64,000 nucleotides of DNA, taken from positions 24,616,001 through 24,680,000 of the forward strand of contig CM075988.1 of NCBI GenBank assembly GCA_038087875.1. Direction: 5' to 3'. Position 1 is the first letter of the stretch; each line of letters starts with the position of its first letter. Below the pieces are notes generated by a model that was given only the letters and a program-made list of their open reading frames with translations, was not told the DNA's origin and made no database searches. This DNA comes from Malacoraja senta. Taxonomy: Eukaryota. Position numbers and translations under genes: made by a program. Shown in pieces: positions 1 through 12,344 of the stretch.

Positions 1-1
1 T

Positions 2-493
2 TTTGAAATAAATGACACTCCAGACATATCGCCTACTGTATTATGGGAATCTTTTAAAGCATATATTAGAGGTATTATAATTTCATACCAAGCTTTTCAA
101 AATAAAAAGAATAAGAATGAACAAAAACAACTAGAGGAACTTATTAGACAAATGGATATAGATAATGCTAAAGATCCACCAATAGAAAAACATAATAAAA
201 TAATAATTCTGAAATTTAAATTAAATAAACTATTATCAGCCAAACTGATAAAACTTTTTCAAATTACAAAACAAGAGTACTTTGAATTTGGGGATAAACC
301 GCATAAACTTCTGGCCCGCCAGCTAAAAAAACGTGAAAAAGAACATACGATCCCAAAGATTAAATCAGATAGAGGGGAGTTACTAACTACACCGAAGGAT
401 ATTAATAAAAGATTTGCACAATTTTATGAGAATCTGTATACATCTAAAACGACAACTGATTCCTATAAAATTACTGAGTTTCTGGATCAATAA
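2..493 (+). mobile_element. L1/Tx1-clade LINE ORF2 fragment (region between endonuclease and RT), continuing off the left edge
   Basis: Open frame from base 2: FEINDTPDISPTVLWESFKAYIRGIIISY...YFEFGDKPHKLLARQL...INKRFAQFYENLY. LWE.FKAYIRG, G.K..KLLA.QL and F..FY.NLY are typical fish L1 ORF2 motifs; very A-rich sense strand. Confidence 0.9.
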
Positions 494-1019
494 TATATGT
501 TAATATAAATGCCAGTTGTTAGTATTGATAACCTTTTTCTTGGTGAGAACGTTCTAAAACAAGAGGCTGTATGGAACGGATAATTTACATATGAATCATT
601 TGGAATCACTCAATAATCATACTGAACTCTGAACAATGGAATTATTTAAAATATCAGAATTAATCCAGCAACTCACTGTAATTACACGAACTTCTATCGA
701 ATGAAAGCAGCATTATTCACAAATCAGGCAACTCACTTCAAACAGATGCAGCTGACTAGAATATTAATAGCTGTGCTCTTGAGCCGAGAGGGAGGAACTT
801 GACCTAGTTTCTAAGCAGCCAACTCCATGAAATTCCATTGTTTCTTTCTCAGTACCTTTTCCCAAATCTTCAAATCTCAAAACTAATGCAAAACCTGACC
901 CGGGTCCCAGATGGCAATCTCAGACCAACCTTGCAAGTGGTGATCACGTCCCAACATTAGCGCCAGTAAGAAAGAGAGCCTAATTGTTGGACTGGAGCAC
1001 ATCATTAATCCAGCCACTC

Positions 1020-1130
1020 CCAGGGTAATACTAAGGACTGCTGCATTGTTGGAGATGCCAGCTTATAGATGGGAGTATTAAGATGAGGACTCCTCTCCTA
1101 TTTCACATGTATGAAGAACATCTAATTTAT
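1020..1130 (+). mobile_element. Ancient SacSINE1/Deu-domain-like SINE relic; similar relics near 31170-31500, 36230-36290, 55250-55380, 56140-56330 and 61300-61400
   Basis: Degenerate match to the remembered DeuSINE core (gtactgagggagtgctgcactgtcggaggtgccgtctttcagatgagacgttaaaccgagg): here taatactaaggactgctgcattgttggagatgccagcttatagatgggagtattaagatgagg. Confidence 0.5.
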
Positions 1131-1542
1131 TCAACAAAATATTCACGTTATTGGCATAGCCAGCATTTCATCCCCATTTGTAATTGCCACCTGGTATGAG
1201 CAGCTTGCTGGAATATTTCAAAGAGAAGGTAAGAATCAGTACAGTGGTTCATCTGGAGTAAGGCACAGGCCAGATCTGGTAAGGACAGCCGCTTTCTTTC
1301 CCTGAGGGCACTAATGAACCAGGTGTCTTTTTACAGCAATCTGGCAGTTCATTAGTGATGCCATGGAGATATTTTGACGAAAAGCCCAGGTCAATATTTA
1401 GCTCTCATTTGTCTCACTGCTGTTTGTGGAACTTTGTTAATTGCAATTTGTCTAACGTGAATTCTATGTCACTAATGTGGCCACTCTTCTGGAGAATGTC
1501 ACAAATTGTAGGTATGTCCTTGGGTGCCATGTAAATTACAAG

Positions 1543-1920
1543 GTTTAGTTTAGTTTAGAGAGGCGGAAACAGGCCGTTCGCCCCACCGAGTCCGCACTGA
1601 CCAGCGATCCTCGCACATTAACACTATCCTATACCCACTAAGTAAGTAAGTAAGTAAGTAAGTAAGTTTATTGGCCAAGTATTCACATACAAGGAATTTG
1701 CCTTGGTGCTCCACCCACAAGGGACTATTTACACTTATACCAAGTCAATTTACCTATAAACCAGTACGTCTTTGGAGTGTGGGAGGAAACCGAAGATCTC
1801 TGAGAAAACCCACATAGTCACGGGAAGAACATACAAACTCCGTACAGGCAGCACCCGTGGTCGGGATCAAACCCAGGTCTCCGGCGCTGCAAGAGCTGTA
1901 AGGCAACAACTCTACCACGT
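1543..1920 (-). mobile_element. HE1-like tRNA-derived V-SINE, interrupted by a LINE 3' tail
   Basis: (AAACT)n tail seen as gtttagtttagtttag; V-domain block (tttggagtgtgggaggaaaccg...aaaacccac); tRNA-like head ggtagagttgttgccttacagc on the minus strand. Confidence 0.85.
1638..1720 (-). mobile_element. 5'-truncated LINE 3' tail with (CTTA)n microsatellite end, nested in the SINE
   Basis: (TAAG)7 followed by tttattggccaagtattcacatacaaggaatttgcc (aataaa plus repeat tail on minus); flanked by the near-duplicate acccac(t/a)a. Confidence 0.6.
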
Positions 1921-2860
1921 GCTGCAAGGGCAGGAAATTGGTTTGTAATTTATTTTTTGCTGTTCATGTAGTTGCAAAGTCTTAAAATAACATGCCCTCA
2001 TTTTATCAGCAGTTATTGTAAAACATGACTGATGAACCACACAGGACAAAGGGCCTGACTTCAAAGCAGTTTAAACAAACTTTCATGTCTGTTATTTTAA
2101 TCTCTGAATTTTGAAGTTGTAAATGTATTGAATGTGATTCCTTGCCAATGATGCTGCATTTAAATGACTGTGATGGTGTAAGGCAGATGAATGCAAATAA
2201 AAAGCAGCAGAGATATAAAAAGGAAAATTTGATTTGATGCAGTTCAATTTATACCATCATATAAGATCCATATCTGCTCCTTGGGACTCTACCATGGCTG
2301 TGTAAATTAACAGGATAAGTAACATGATTCCCACCATCTAATGTCATTGAGGAAATCAGCCAGAAACATCAGATTTGGACGGAAAATCCTTCTGGAGCCG
2401 AAAGCCAATATCAATCGAACCACTAACATTGCAAAATGCCAGAAGCATCAAAAGGTTAGCAGCATCTGAGGAGAGAGAAGCCCAGTTAACATTTCAGGTC
2501 GATGATTTTCCCTCAGCATTGGTAGAAACTATTTTCTTTAAACGCAGAGGTAGGGTAAGGTTTCAGAGAGTGTGAAAAATAACAAAGAAGAAGCAAGACT
2601 GAAAGGGCAGTATAGAGTAAAAATCAACAATGATTGCAGGTCGAAAGAGGCTGGTAGGATGATAAGTAAAGCAGCAAATGATGGCAAAAGAGAGATAAGA
2701 ATGGTAGATCCATTACCATTAGCTCTAAGAGTGAAAAAGAGCAGAAATCATTAAAATCTAAAATTGTTAAATGCAAGATAGATTACATTTCACAAAAGAT
2801 GAGGTCATACAGCTTCATTGGAACTGTAAAACATTCAGCACAGAATTAAATGTGAATTTC

Positions 2861-3157
2861 AGTTTAGAGATACAGCAGGGAAACAGGCCCCTCGGCCCTC
2901 CGAGTCCGCGCCGACCAGCGATCTCCGTACACTAGCACTATCCTATACACTAGGGACAATTTACAATTTAAACCGAAGCCAATTAACCTAAAATACTGTA
3001 TGTCTTTGGAATGTGGGAGGAAACTGGAGCTCCCGGAGAAAACGCACGCAGTCTCGGAGAGAATGTACAAACTCCTTACAATCAGCACCCGTAGTCATGA
3101 TCAAACCCAGGTCTCTGGCGCTGTAAAGCAGCAACACTACTGCTGTGCCACTGTGCT
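2861..3157 (-). mobile_element. HE1-like V-SINE
   Basis: Same body as 1543-1920 and 9393-10095: gtttagagatacagc...aacaggccc...tttggaatgtgggaggaaactggag...gctgtaaagcagcaacactactgctgtgccac. Confidence 0.85.
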
Positions 3158-4429
3158 GCACATTTGGTACAATACTCAGGGCAACCTCTGTAGATTAAAG
3201 GAAAGTTTTCATGAAATTATCTTCATTTTGTCCTGCCACTGTGAGGGAGGATTCAGCTAATGGTAAGCGCAAAGAAAGTCCAAGCAAATTGCTGTTGCAA
3301 ACGGCAGCAGAGTCCCTTCTTGGGGAAACGCTGGCAGAGATCTATCACTAATCATCTCGAAAGAAATGTGACTCTTGGTCACCTCATCTCAGTTCCTGCT
3401 ATGGAAACTGGTTTGCAAGTGAGAATGTGATGGGGAACAATGCTGATATTCAGACTCTTTATCTTCCCCACTGACAGAGCTTGAAGGAGTGGAACGGATA
3501 TCAAAACAAAATATGCAGAAAAGGGGTGTTACTGTCTTACACTTTCATGTCAATCTTGGCTTTTACTGCAGTGGAGTAATGGAGAGATGACATTACCGGA
3601 GAACTGGGAGAAATAAATACCTGGATGTAGTGCATTGTAATGGATAATAAATCTCATTACTGTTATTTTGGAGGAGTGGTCATTTTCTGTGACAAGTAAT
3701 CGACACTGTCATGCTAATTGTCCTGTGTTTTACTTCTTTGAATTAAAGAAGTTGAAATATAAGTAGTTTATGATTCTGGATATTCCTCCTTAGGTTTAAA
3801 GCCATTATTTTTCCATCTGTACTTCGGTGAATGTATCAAAAAAAATGCCAGGCCCTCTGGCCTATTGAATCTTACCACTCAGCTTTGATGGATCAAAGTA
3901 GGCAAAAATTAGATTGGTTATGGAGGAAAATATTCTTCTCCATTATCTTTTGGTGATGGAAACCAGTTCAGAAGACCAATATTAGGTATCTCCGTATTGC
4001 TTGAGACGATCTCCACCCTAATCAGAAACAATAAAATTCACTGTGAGATTAAACACTGCCTCCTGTGGTGCAATTTAGCTGCTCAGCATCTACTGCAGTC
4101 CATTAGCCAGTTGCAGAAATCCACTGCTGTACTGAAAGGATGAACTTTTGCACGTCTAACCTTGATTTGGCCTTGCAATGCATGTGAGTGTAACCACCTT
4201 GTCGTATCTAACCAATGGCATTTGAAAAAAATTGAGTCACGCAAAGAAAGTGAGTCTCTCTTGCTTCATAAAATCTCAATCACCCTTCAGCCTTCACTCT
4301 CTAAAAAATGTTTACACTTCTTGGGCACTGAAGTGTTTTAATCCCACGGCTCTCTCCTGTATCATATCCAGATCTTTAATGAGAGATTTTGACGGTCTCA
4401 AGAACGACAACTGAACTTTTAAACAAATC

Positions 4430-4614
4430 TTTATTCGAAAATTCACTCTTCAGTAAACAGGCTCTCTTGACACGTCTGGCCACATCGGTGGTCAGCACTG
4501 AACTGCCGCGCGAAAGCAAAACCGCGCGAAAACAAGCAGCCCCTCCCGAGTCACGTGACCGCGGCTTCCGAACGCCGGGGTCGATACCTGCGTGCGCCAG
4601 TAGGCGCCGCTACA
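4430..4614. promoter_or_regulatory. CpG-rich promoter-like element, copy A
   Basis: Two E2F-type GCGCGAAA (4508, 4524), palindromic E-box GTCACGTGAC (4550), ETS core CTTCCG, NRF1-like TGCGTGCGC and MYB-like AACTGCC. CpGs are retained in a CpG-depleted background. Homologous to 32216-32401. Confidence 0.6.
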
Positions 4615-5423
4615 AGATAACCAAAACTGGACACATTGTTACAAATGAGACTCAACCACATTCTAGTGCAAGAATAAAGTAACCTTCATATTTTACATGG
4701 ATATACTGTATAATTTGCTTTAGCAATGATATAGCCTCGGATCTTTGGAGAATTTTAAGTATTTAAATACTCAAATGCTTTTGTCTCATTATTAGCAATC
4801 ATTATTTTCCCCTTGGGAGTATTATATAGGTTCAAGGTTTGACCATCAGAAGGACCGCATTACACTGTAAACGGCGATCATCTCTCCCTTCGGATGGAAG
4901 GTGCATTGATCATGAAGGCACAGCTCCAATGGTCAGCTCAAGTGGAATGAGCTCAGCAGGTGAGTCGTAAAGATCATTAACTGGTGGTCTAGTGGGAATA
5001 ACTTTCTGAAGATAGCATAGCCTGATATCAACACGTTGTCAAGAAGCATACAAGTGCACAAAAGGTTGCATCATTAACTTTGAACGTAAAAGTCTTAACA
5101 ATCCAGTCATGTGAATTGATATTTATTTTTTCTATTTATGCTTGAAATGCTTGTATGCTTGTTCCCACAGAAAGATCAGCCACAAAGGAACTCATTGCAG
5201 AAAGTGAATTGATTTTCAGGTTTTCTTAGATGTCGAAGGTTAGTGGATGATGACCAGTTCTTGAATCCTTCTGCAAAGGAGAGCTATAAAATTTAAACGT
5301 TCATTTCATTTAATTTAGTCTGTATATTATAAATTTAAAATAATTGCCTGTCACAAAGGATACAGCCCCATCAACTGCTTACCTTTGGTCTTACAGTATT
5401 TCAGAAACTTCCTTTGATATACT

Positions 5424-5935
5424 TCGGCCTCGAAGGGCCGATTGGCCTACTCCTGCACCTATTGTCTATTGTCTATTGATATGAGGAGGTTCTGCTGAAA
5501 CCTTTCAGCAAGAATCAATAGAGGGATATGGGCCAAAGACGGGCAGGTTGGACTAGTGTGGATGGGGCATCTTGGTCGGCGTGGGCAAGTTGGGCCGTAT
5601 CATAAGGAATAGGAGTAGAATTAGGCCATTCGGCCCATCAAGTCTACTCCGCCATTCAATAATGGCTGATCTATCTTTCCCTCCTAACCCCGTTCACCTG
5701 CCTTCTCCCCATAACCTCTGACACCTGTACTAATCAAGGATCTATCTATCTCTGCCTTAAAAATATTCACTGATTTGGCCTCCACACCCTTCAGTGGCAA
5801 AGAATTCCACAGATTCACCACCCTCTGACTAAAGAAATTTCTCCTCATCTCCTTCCTAAAAGAATGTCCTTTAATTCTGAGGCTGTGACCTCTAGTCCTC
5901 GACTTTCCCACCAGTGGAAACATCCTCTCCACATA
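5424..5935. mobile_element. Cluster of CR1 (HER1-like) 3' ends: two short + tails then a - strand fragment
   Basis: Minus frame ERMFPLVGKSRTRGHSLRIKGHSFRKEMRRNFFSQRVVNLWNSLP (CR1 ORF2 C-terminus); ctactcctgcacctattgtctattg tail. Confidence 0.9.
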
Positions 5936-6572
5936 TCTATGTTGTATGATTCTATAATAACCAAGCACTGAAAGAGCTAAATGGAGAAAAACACTTACAA
6001 ATAATAATAGTGCCAAGTTCCTGGACTCGGCCAGTGCTAAATGCCAACTCATGTTGCCTAGTTACAACATGCAGAGTCAAAGTACAAAATTCCATCACTT
6101 GCCTGGACTCATTATGAAGTAAGATTCTGAAGTTGATGGTCATTATGCAGATAAAAGTTCAAATGCCCTGCTGCCTGCAGACATTTAATTTAAAAAGACA
6201 AATTCAATCTCCATTTACCACATATATCTCAATTCACCAAATTGAAGCAATTGCTAATTACTGGGGCAGTCTTCTGGGATCAGAGTGAAGAACAAAGCGT
6301 TTAAAGCTTTGATCATCTCATTGTTGAGGTCATTTAGTTGACTGCACGCTGCACAATTGCTTGTGAGGTTGTTGCATGATAACACTGCAAGAACGTGGAG
6401 CTCCTTGCCGACGGGAAGTTGCAGCAAATGCAACGTGGGTTCCTCATTCCAACCCTGTAAACCATTGCCAATTGGTTAAACTAGAACTGTTAACTGATAT
6501 CAGGCGTAGGTTAAAAAACTATTTTCAGAGTTTGCTGGTCTGTTCATAGAGCAACGAGGGCAGCTGAGAGCT

Positions 6573-7080
6573 TCAATAGACAATAGGTGTAGGAGTAGGC
6601 CATTCAGCCCTTCGAGCTAGCACTGCCATTTACTATGATCATGGCTGATCATCCACCCTGTTCCTGCCTTCTCCCCATATCCCTTGACTCCGCTATCTTT
6701 AAGAGCTCTATCTAACTCTCTCTTGAAAGCATCCAGAGAATTGGCCTCCACTGCCTTCTGAGGCAGAGAATTCCACAGATTCACAACTCTCTGGTTGAAA
6801 AAGTGTTTCCTCATCTCTGTTCTAAATGGCCTACCCCTTATTCTTAAACTGTGGCCCCTGGTTCTGGACTCCCCCAACATCGGGAACATGCTTCCTGCCT
6901 CTAGCTCGTCCAATCGTTTAATAATCTTATATGTTTCAATAAGATTCCCTCTCATCCTTCTAAATTCCAGTGTGTACAAGCCCAGATGCTCCATTCTTTC
7001 AACATATGACAGTCCCGCCATCTCGGGAATTAAGCTTGTGAGCCTACGCTGCACCCTCAATAGCAAGAATGTCCTTCCTA
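6573..7080 (-). mobile_element. CR1/HER1 LINE 3' fragment
   Basis: VQRRLTSLIPEMAGLSYVERMEHLGLYTLEFRRMRGNLIETYKII...VVNLWNSLP; 3' UTR ending ctattgtctattg. Confidence 0.92.
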
Positions 7081-7084
7081 TCAA

Positions 7085-7357
7085 CTTCCCGATGGGGGGG
7101 CCTCCGAGAACGATTTGGGGGACCCAGTGGAGGGGGGGGGGGAGAGGGGGGAGAGGATGCTGCTGCCATGGGCGGCAGCAGGCAGTAGGTAGGACTGTTC
7201 GGTGAACCTTTGTAACTTTGTTGGCGCCAGAAACGTGGTGACACTTGTGTACTGCCTGGATGAGGTCTGCTATATGATTGAACCGGGCTTCATGCAAAAC
7301 ATGACATTTCACTGTACTTAGGTACTTGTGACAATAAAGTATCATTGAATTATTGAG
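7085..7357 (+). mobile_element. GC-rich non-autonomous retroposon fragment with Rex1/L2-type 3' tail
   Basis: Ends atttcactgtacttaggtacttgtgacaataaagtatcattga, the same tail type as 24700-25076, 49931-50772 and 53150-53853. Confidence 0.55.
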
Positions 7358-7694
7358 TTGCACATAGTCCGCATTAGGATTAGTACTCAGTAGTGCCACC
7401 CTGAGATTCGTTTCCGGGATCATGGGTTGGAACCTGAGTAAAGAGGCCTCTTGCGGAATAAAATGAAGACAATGGCGATTAAGAGACAGGAAGGGGAGAG
7501 AAATGAAAGCCAGAAGAGAACAATAAACAAAGGAAAGAGCAAATTGAGGAGATGAGAGAAAAAACGTTATTTATGCAGCATCCTCTTCATGACATTAGAC
7601 ATTACCAAGGCAACAAAGTGCGTTTGAACTATTATCACGTAGAAAAGGTGGCAGCAAGATATTTTCAGCTTCATACTATAAGACACTGGAGAGA

Positions 7695-8155
7695 GTCATA
7701 GTCATAGAGTGATACAGTGTGGAAACAGACCCATCGGCCCAACTTGCCCATGTCGACCAACATGCCCCATCCACACTAGACCCACCTGCCTGCATTTGGC
7801 CCATATCTCTCTAAACCTATCCTATCCATGTATTTGTCCAAATGTAACTTAAATGTTGTGAAAGTATCTCCTCTGGCAGCTCGTTCCATACACCCACCAC
7901 CCTTTGTGCAAAACAGTTACCCTTCATGTTCCCATTGAATCTTCCCCCCTCTCACCTTAAACCCATGTCCCCTGGTTCTCAATTCCCCTACTCTGGGCAA
8001 TAGACTGTGAGTTTACCCAATCTATTCCTCTCCTGATTTTGTACACCTCAATAAGATCATCCCTCATCCTCCTGCACCCCAAGGAATAATGTCCTAACCA
8101 CCAGCTCAACCTCTCCCTATAGCTCAGGACTTCCAGTCTTGGCAACATCCTCGTA
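7695..8155 (-). mobile_element. CR1 3' fragment of a second subfamily ((CTATGACT)-type tail)
   Basis: Minus frame FTRMLPRLEVLSYRERL...RRMRDDLIEVYKI; tail gagtcatagtcatagagtgatacagtgtggaaacag. Confidence 0.85.
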
Positions 8156-8169
8156 AAGAGGAGTGGAGC

Positions 8170-8685
8170 ATGAAGAAGGGTCTCTACCCGAAACATCACC
8201 CATTCCTTCTCTCCAGAGATGCTGCCTGCCCCGCTGAGTTACTCCAGCATTTTGTGTCTATTTATTGTAGGAGCATTGGTGAGAGTACAGTACAGCCTGA
8301 TAGGATGTTGCCTGATATAAAAATAGAGGGAATTGTTTCTATTATATCACAGGTTATTTGATGAGGCTTTAGAAATTATGAAGAGAGGGAACAGAATTTA
8401 CAGTTACCAGTCACCAAGGGTCTAGAATTACAGACCAGAGGGGTGGGGTCAAAATGTGAGATGGGGAGAACAAGCTACACAATGGTTGTGATTGAAATAG
8501 ACCGTGTCACCATTTAAGTGTCGGAAGGAACCTGCAGATGCTGGTTTACACCGAAGATGGACACAAAATGCTGGAGTAACAGCAGCATCTCTGGATAAGG
8601 GTCTGAAGAAGGGTCTCGACTCGAAATGTCACCCGTTCCTTCTATCCAGAGACATTGCCTGACCCGCAGCATTTTGTGCCTATCA
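8170..8685. mobile_element. Penelope-type short units with hammerhead cores (8170-8262; inverted pair 8520-8685)
   Basis: gggtCTGAAGAagggtctcgactcGAAAtGTCaccc at 8599-8634, with conserved gatgctgcctg...ctgagttactccagcattttgtgtc body. Confidence 0.7.
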
Positions 8686-9392
8686 ACATTTAAGGATAGG
8701 TTAGAAGAAATGTTGAAGGAAAGGATGAATGTCACGTTTAGATGAAGACACTTGGACTTAACTACTGCTTGTGTGAGGGGTACACAGCAGTACTGAGTGA
8801 GGGGTGAAGGCAGGGGTTACGGTTGGGGTGGTGAAGAAAATAGGACAAATGGCCTGCTTCTGCACTGTGACAACAGAACACGCAGAGTGTTCATTTCCCC
8901 CCACCGAGCACAAGCTGTACTGACATTTCCCATTGATTGTTTGATATGTGAGCCAGTCAGTGGTTCTCAATATGTAAATTTTCCTTAATGAGGGTCTGAT
9001 TAGTAGAAGCCCCAACGTGCAAATAATGAAGGCATCCTCTGCCTGCACAGAATTTAGTACAATTTTATGGAGATGCCTAAATGTTTGCTTTAGGCGCTGA
9101 TCACAGACAATGTTTGGAATTTCAAAATGGTTTGCAGCACTTTTGCTTTGTAATTGACATCAGCATCATAACTCAAATACCAATTAATTTTCACAGTGCA
9201 CATTATGTACTGCAGCGTGTTACTTAACCATCAGTTTACTGTGGATTCTGCACTGACAACTTTTAACCCTCTCACATGCTGCTGATGTTGGAACATTTGT
9301 ACGTTGCAGCAAGGTATATTATTATGAGGAGTGCAGGAATTTATCAAGGTGCATTACTGTCCCTGGCGTGTGACTGTATCGCCCTGGGCGGA

Positions 9393-10095
9393 GGGCGGCA
9401 CAGCAGCAGAGTTGCTGCCTTACAGCGGCAGAGGCCCGGGCTTGATCCTCACTATGGGGTGCTGCCTGTACAGACTTTATACGTTCTCCCCGTGACCTAT
9501 ACATATAAGATTGTTAAGGGTTTGGACACGCTAACGCTTTGGAGGCAGGAAACATGTTCCCGATGTTGGGGGAGTCCAGAACCAGGGGCCACAGTTTAAG
9601 AATAAGGGGTAAGCCATTTAGAACGGAGACGAGGAAACACTTTTTCTCACAGAGAGTTGTGAGTCTGTGGAATTCTCTGCCTCAGAGGGCGGTGGAGGCA
9701 GGTTCTCTGGATACTTTCAAGAGAGAGCTAGATAGGGCTCTTAATGATAGCGGAGTCAGGGGATATGGGGAGAAGGCAGGAACGGGGTACTGATTGGGGA
9801 TGATCAGCCATGATCACATTGAATGGCGATGCTGGCTCGAAGGGCCGAATGGCCTACTCCTGCACCTATTGTCTATTGTCTATGGACCTGCATGGGTTGT
9901 CTCCGGGATCTCTAGTTTCCCCCCACACTCCAAAGACATACAAGGTTTGTAGGCTAATTAGCTTGATAAAATTGTAAATTGTCCCAAGTGTGTGTAGGAT
10001 AGGGTTAGTGTACGGGGATCGCTGGTCAGCGTGGTCTCAGTGGGCTGAGGGGCCTGTTTCTGTGCTGTATCTCTAAACTAAACTAAAACTAAACT
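9393..10095 (+). mobile_element. HE1-like V-SINE split by a CR1 insertion
   Basis: Head gggcggcacagcagcagagttgctgccttacagc; body resumes at 9884; (AAACT)n tail 10073-10095. Confidence 0.85.
9499..9883 (+). mobile_element. CR1/HER1 3' fragment inserted in the SINE
   Basis: EAGNMFPMLGESRTRGHSLRIRGKPFRTETRKHFFSQRVVSLWNSLP...GYGEKAGTGY*; flanked by duplicated gacct. Confidence 0.92.
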
Positions 10096-11519
10096 GATCA
10101 GATTGCATGCAAGGGTTGGGAACTGTAGTTGGATATATTCCTGGAAATTTTAATGGTTGACCTCCTGCCTGTAGTGATCTCTTACCCTAATCTCCCACCA
10201 CTGACCCAGACTCTGAGTCCAATCCCTTCCCCTGACTTGTCAAGGTGAATGTTTCTTTGGACTTGAAGAAAAACAGGTGGTGTTGCAGGGAGGGACCATT
10301 GTTTATCCATATGCAGAGCTACAACTTGGATTTGGATGTACAGGGTACAATGTAAAAATATGCTTGTAATATAAGACTTGAAATTATAGTAAACAGCAAG
10401 TCAAAATTCAAAGAGGACATTGGATGATCATATAGGTAGACAGATCAAACAGGTAGATGTGGCAGTAAAACATGTCAAAGAATGAGTAGAAGGAATATAT
10501 ATCAGGTGTATAGTTTTAAAAGTGTTGCTTGGCATAGTGCTTGCAACTCCATAACTGAATAACAGAATTTAGAGTAAAGTGACAGGGTATATTGCCCAAT
10601 TGATCTATGCTGGTAACGATGCTCCTCCCTTTCAATGTATCCTTTTGTTCCAATTTCCCGCATGTGTGTCCACAGTTACCCTCTTCAATGCCTGTGGGCT
10701 AATTGTGGTGGTGTGTTCTCAACGCTCAGGTAATCTGTGCAGTTGTGAAGCAGTGAGATGGAAGACTGTAATCTCCCTGTATCCCGCTGAATGCTAGCTC
10801 TTTTGACAAATGAGGACGTCAGTTCCTGACGTTTTCTGACGAGTTCAATGCTTGCTGCAAATTTCAGTAGAATGATCCAGAACAAACTGGAACACATCTC
10901 CGAAATTACAAGCAATTTTGCTGTCGCTGTTTCACGCAGAGCGATTCTGCTGACGACTGTCAGGTCCCTTGCTTGCTCTCTGTCATCTCTTATGCCCTCA
11001 CTGACATTTATCTTTTTACACCTCAGGTCACACTTGTTGATCGCCAACAGAATCAGGAGTGAAGGCAGGAAATATCTAAACTGGGCGGTCTTTCCAAAAA
11101 GCCTCAATCACAGGCTTGGTGACAGGAAGTGGCAACTAATGACACACTGAGATCAAATGCAGCCAATTCAGGTTTGGCAGCCAGCCTGCCTGCCGTGAAA
11201 TTCATTTCCACTTGGCAGCAAGTTACAGCAGATATTAGCAAGAGTTCTATTTTGTGCAATTTGAGAAAAAAAACAACCTTCCCTTTCATTTACCATTCTC
11301 CTAGTGGTTTTAGGAAGATAGTGTGAGTAAGGAGTTTTTCGTGGGCATTGTAGCTCATTCAATCCCAGCTTCATAGTATATTTTAAACCAGATGCAATTA
11401 AACTTTCAGAAGCAATTTTTTAAAATCATGTTATGCTCAAGGATTCAAAATGGTGAAAAGCTTCAGAGAAAGACTACACTATCCTTTATTGGATCGCAAG
11501 GTTCATAAAGTAACCATTT

Positions 11520-11862
11520 CATAGGTTCATAAGTTCTAGGAGCAGAATTAGGCCATTCAGCCCATCAAGTCTACTCCACTATTCAATAATTGCTGATCTA
11601 CCTTTCCCTCTCAACTCCATTCTCATGCCTTTTCCCCATAACCCCCGACACCCTTACTGATCAAGAATCTTTCAATCTCTGCCTTAAAAATATCCATTGA
11701 CTTGGCCTCCTGTGAATTCCACAGATTCACCACCCTTTAGCTAAAGAAATTCCCCCTAATCTCCTTTCTAAAGGTATGTCCTTTTATTCTGAGGCGGTGG
11801 CCTCTGGTCCTAGACCCTCCCACTAGTGGAAACATCCTCTCCACATTCACTCTTCCCAGGCC
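11520..11862 (-). mobile_element. CR1 3' fragment
   Basis: Same 3' UTR and ORF2 end as 5600-5935 (gaattccacagattcaccaccct...cccactagtggaaacatcctctccaca). Confidence 0.88.
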
Positions 11863-12344
11863 ATCATTTGACCATCATGCCTCTGCCAAAATGAACTCCA
11901 GCATGTTCATGGGATACATGGGATAACACATTTGGTATGAGGTTATCATTCTGATTAAACATAGTTATGAACGTCTCATCACATGATCTACAATTCATAC
12001 ACTCCCTGTTCCTGCTGTTCTTGGCCAAGTTTGACGTCCAACTTTTTAGACTTTCACAGATTAGCCAATAAACATTCAATTCTTAATTTAGATGCTTCTT
12101 CACTTCGAATCAACAATCATTAACCCTCTTTCCTATATTTATATAAGATGTCCATATTGTTTTGTTTTAATTGAGCTATATCTCATTGAATTAACTTATA
12201 TCTCAGCTTTGCTTGCAACAGTAAACCATTCTTTAATTTTTTAACGACCTTTATGCAGTTCCTGGAAGGTTGGCAATCCTATTGTAATGATAAAAAAAAA
12301 TGTGAAGACAATGCTGGTGCTAACTTCTAATGCTGGGGTGGGAG

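Noticed and set aside
4560..4612. Vault RNA or tRNA-like Pol III gene (GGGTCGATACC / GGTTCGATATC B-box-like hairpin in both promoter copies)
   Set aside because: No convincing A box, no cloverleaf and no oligo-T terminator downstream; each copy deviates from the B-box consensus. A TFIIIC site is not excluded.
6617..7423. 268-aa ORF as a chimeric gene
   Set aside because: Chance read-through from the antisense of a GC-rich retroposon into a CR1 fragment.
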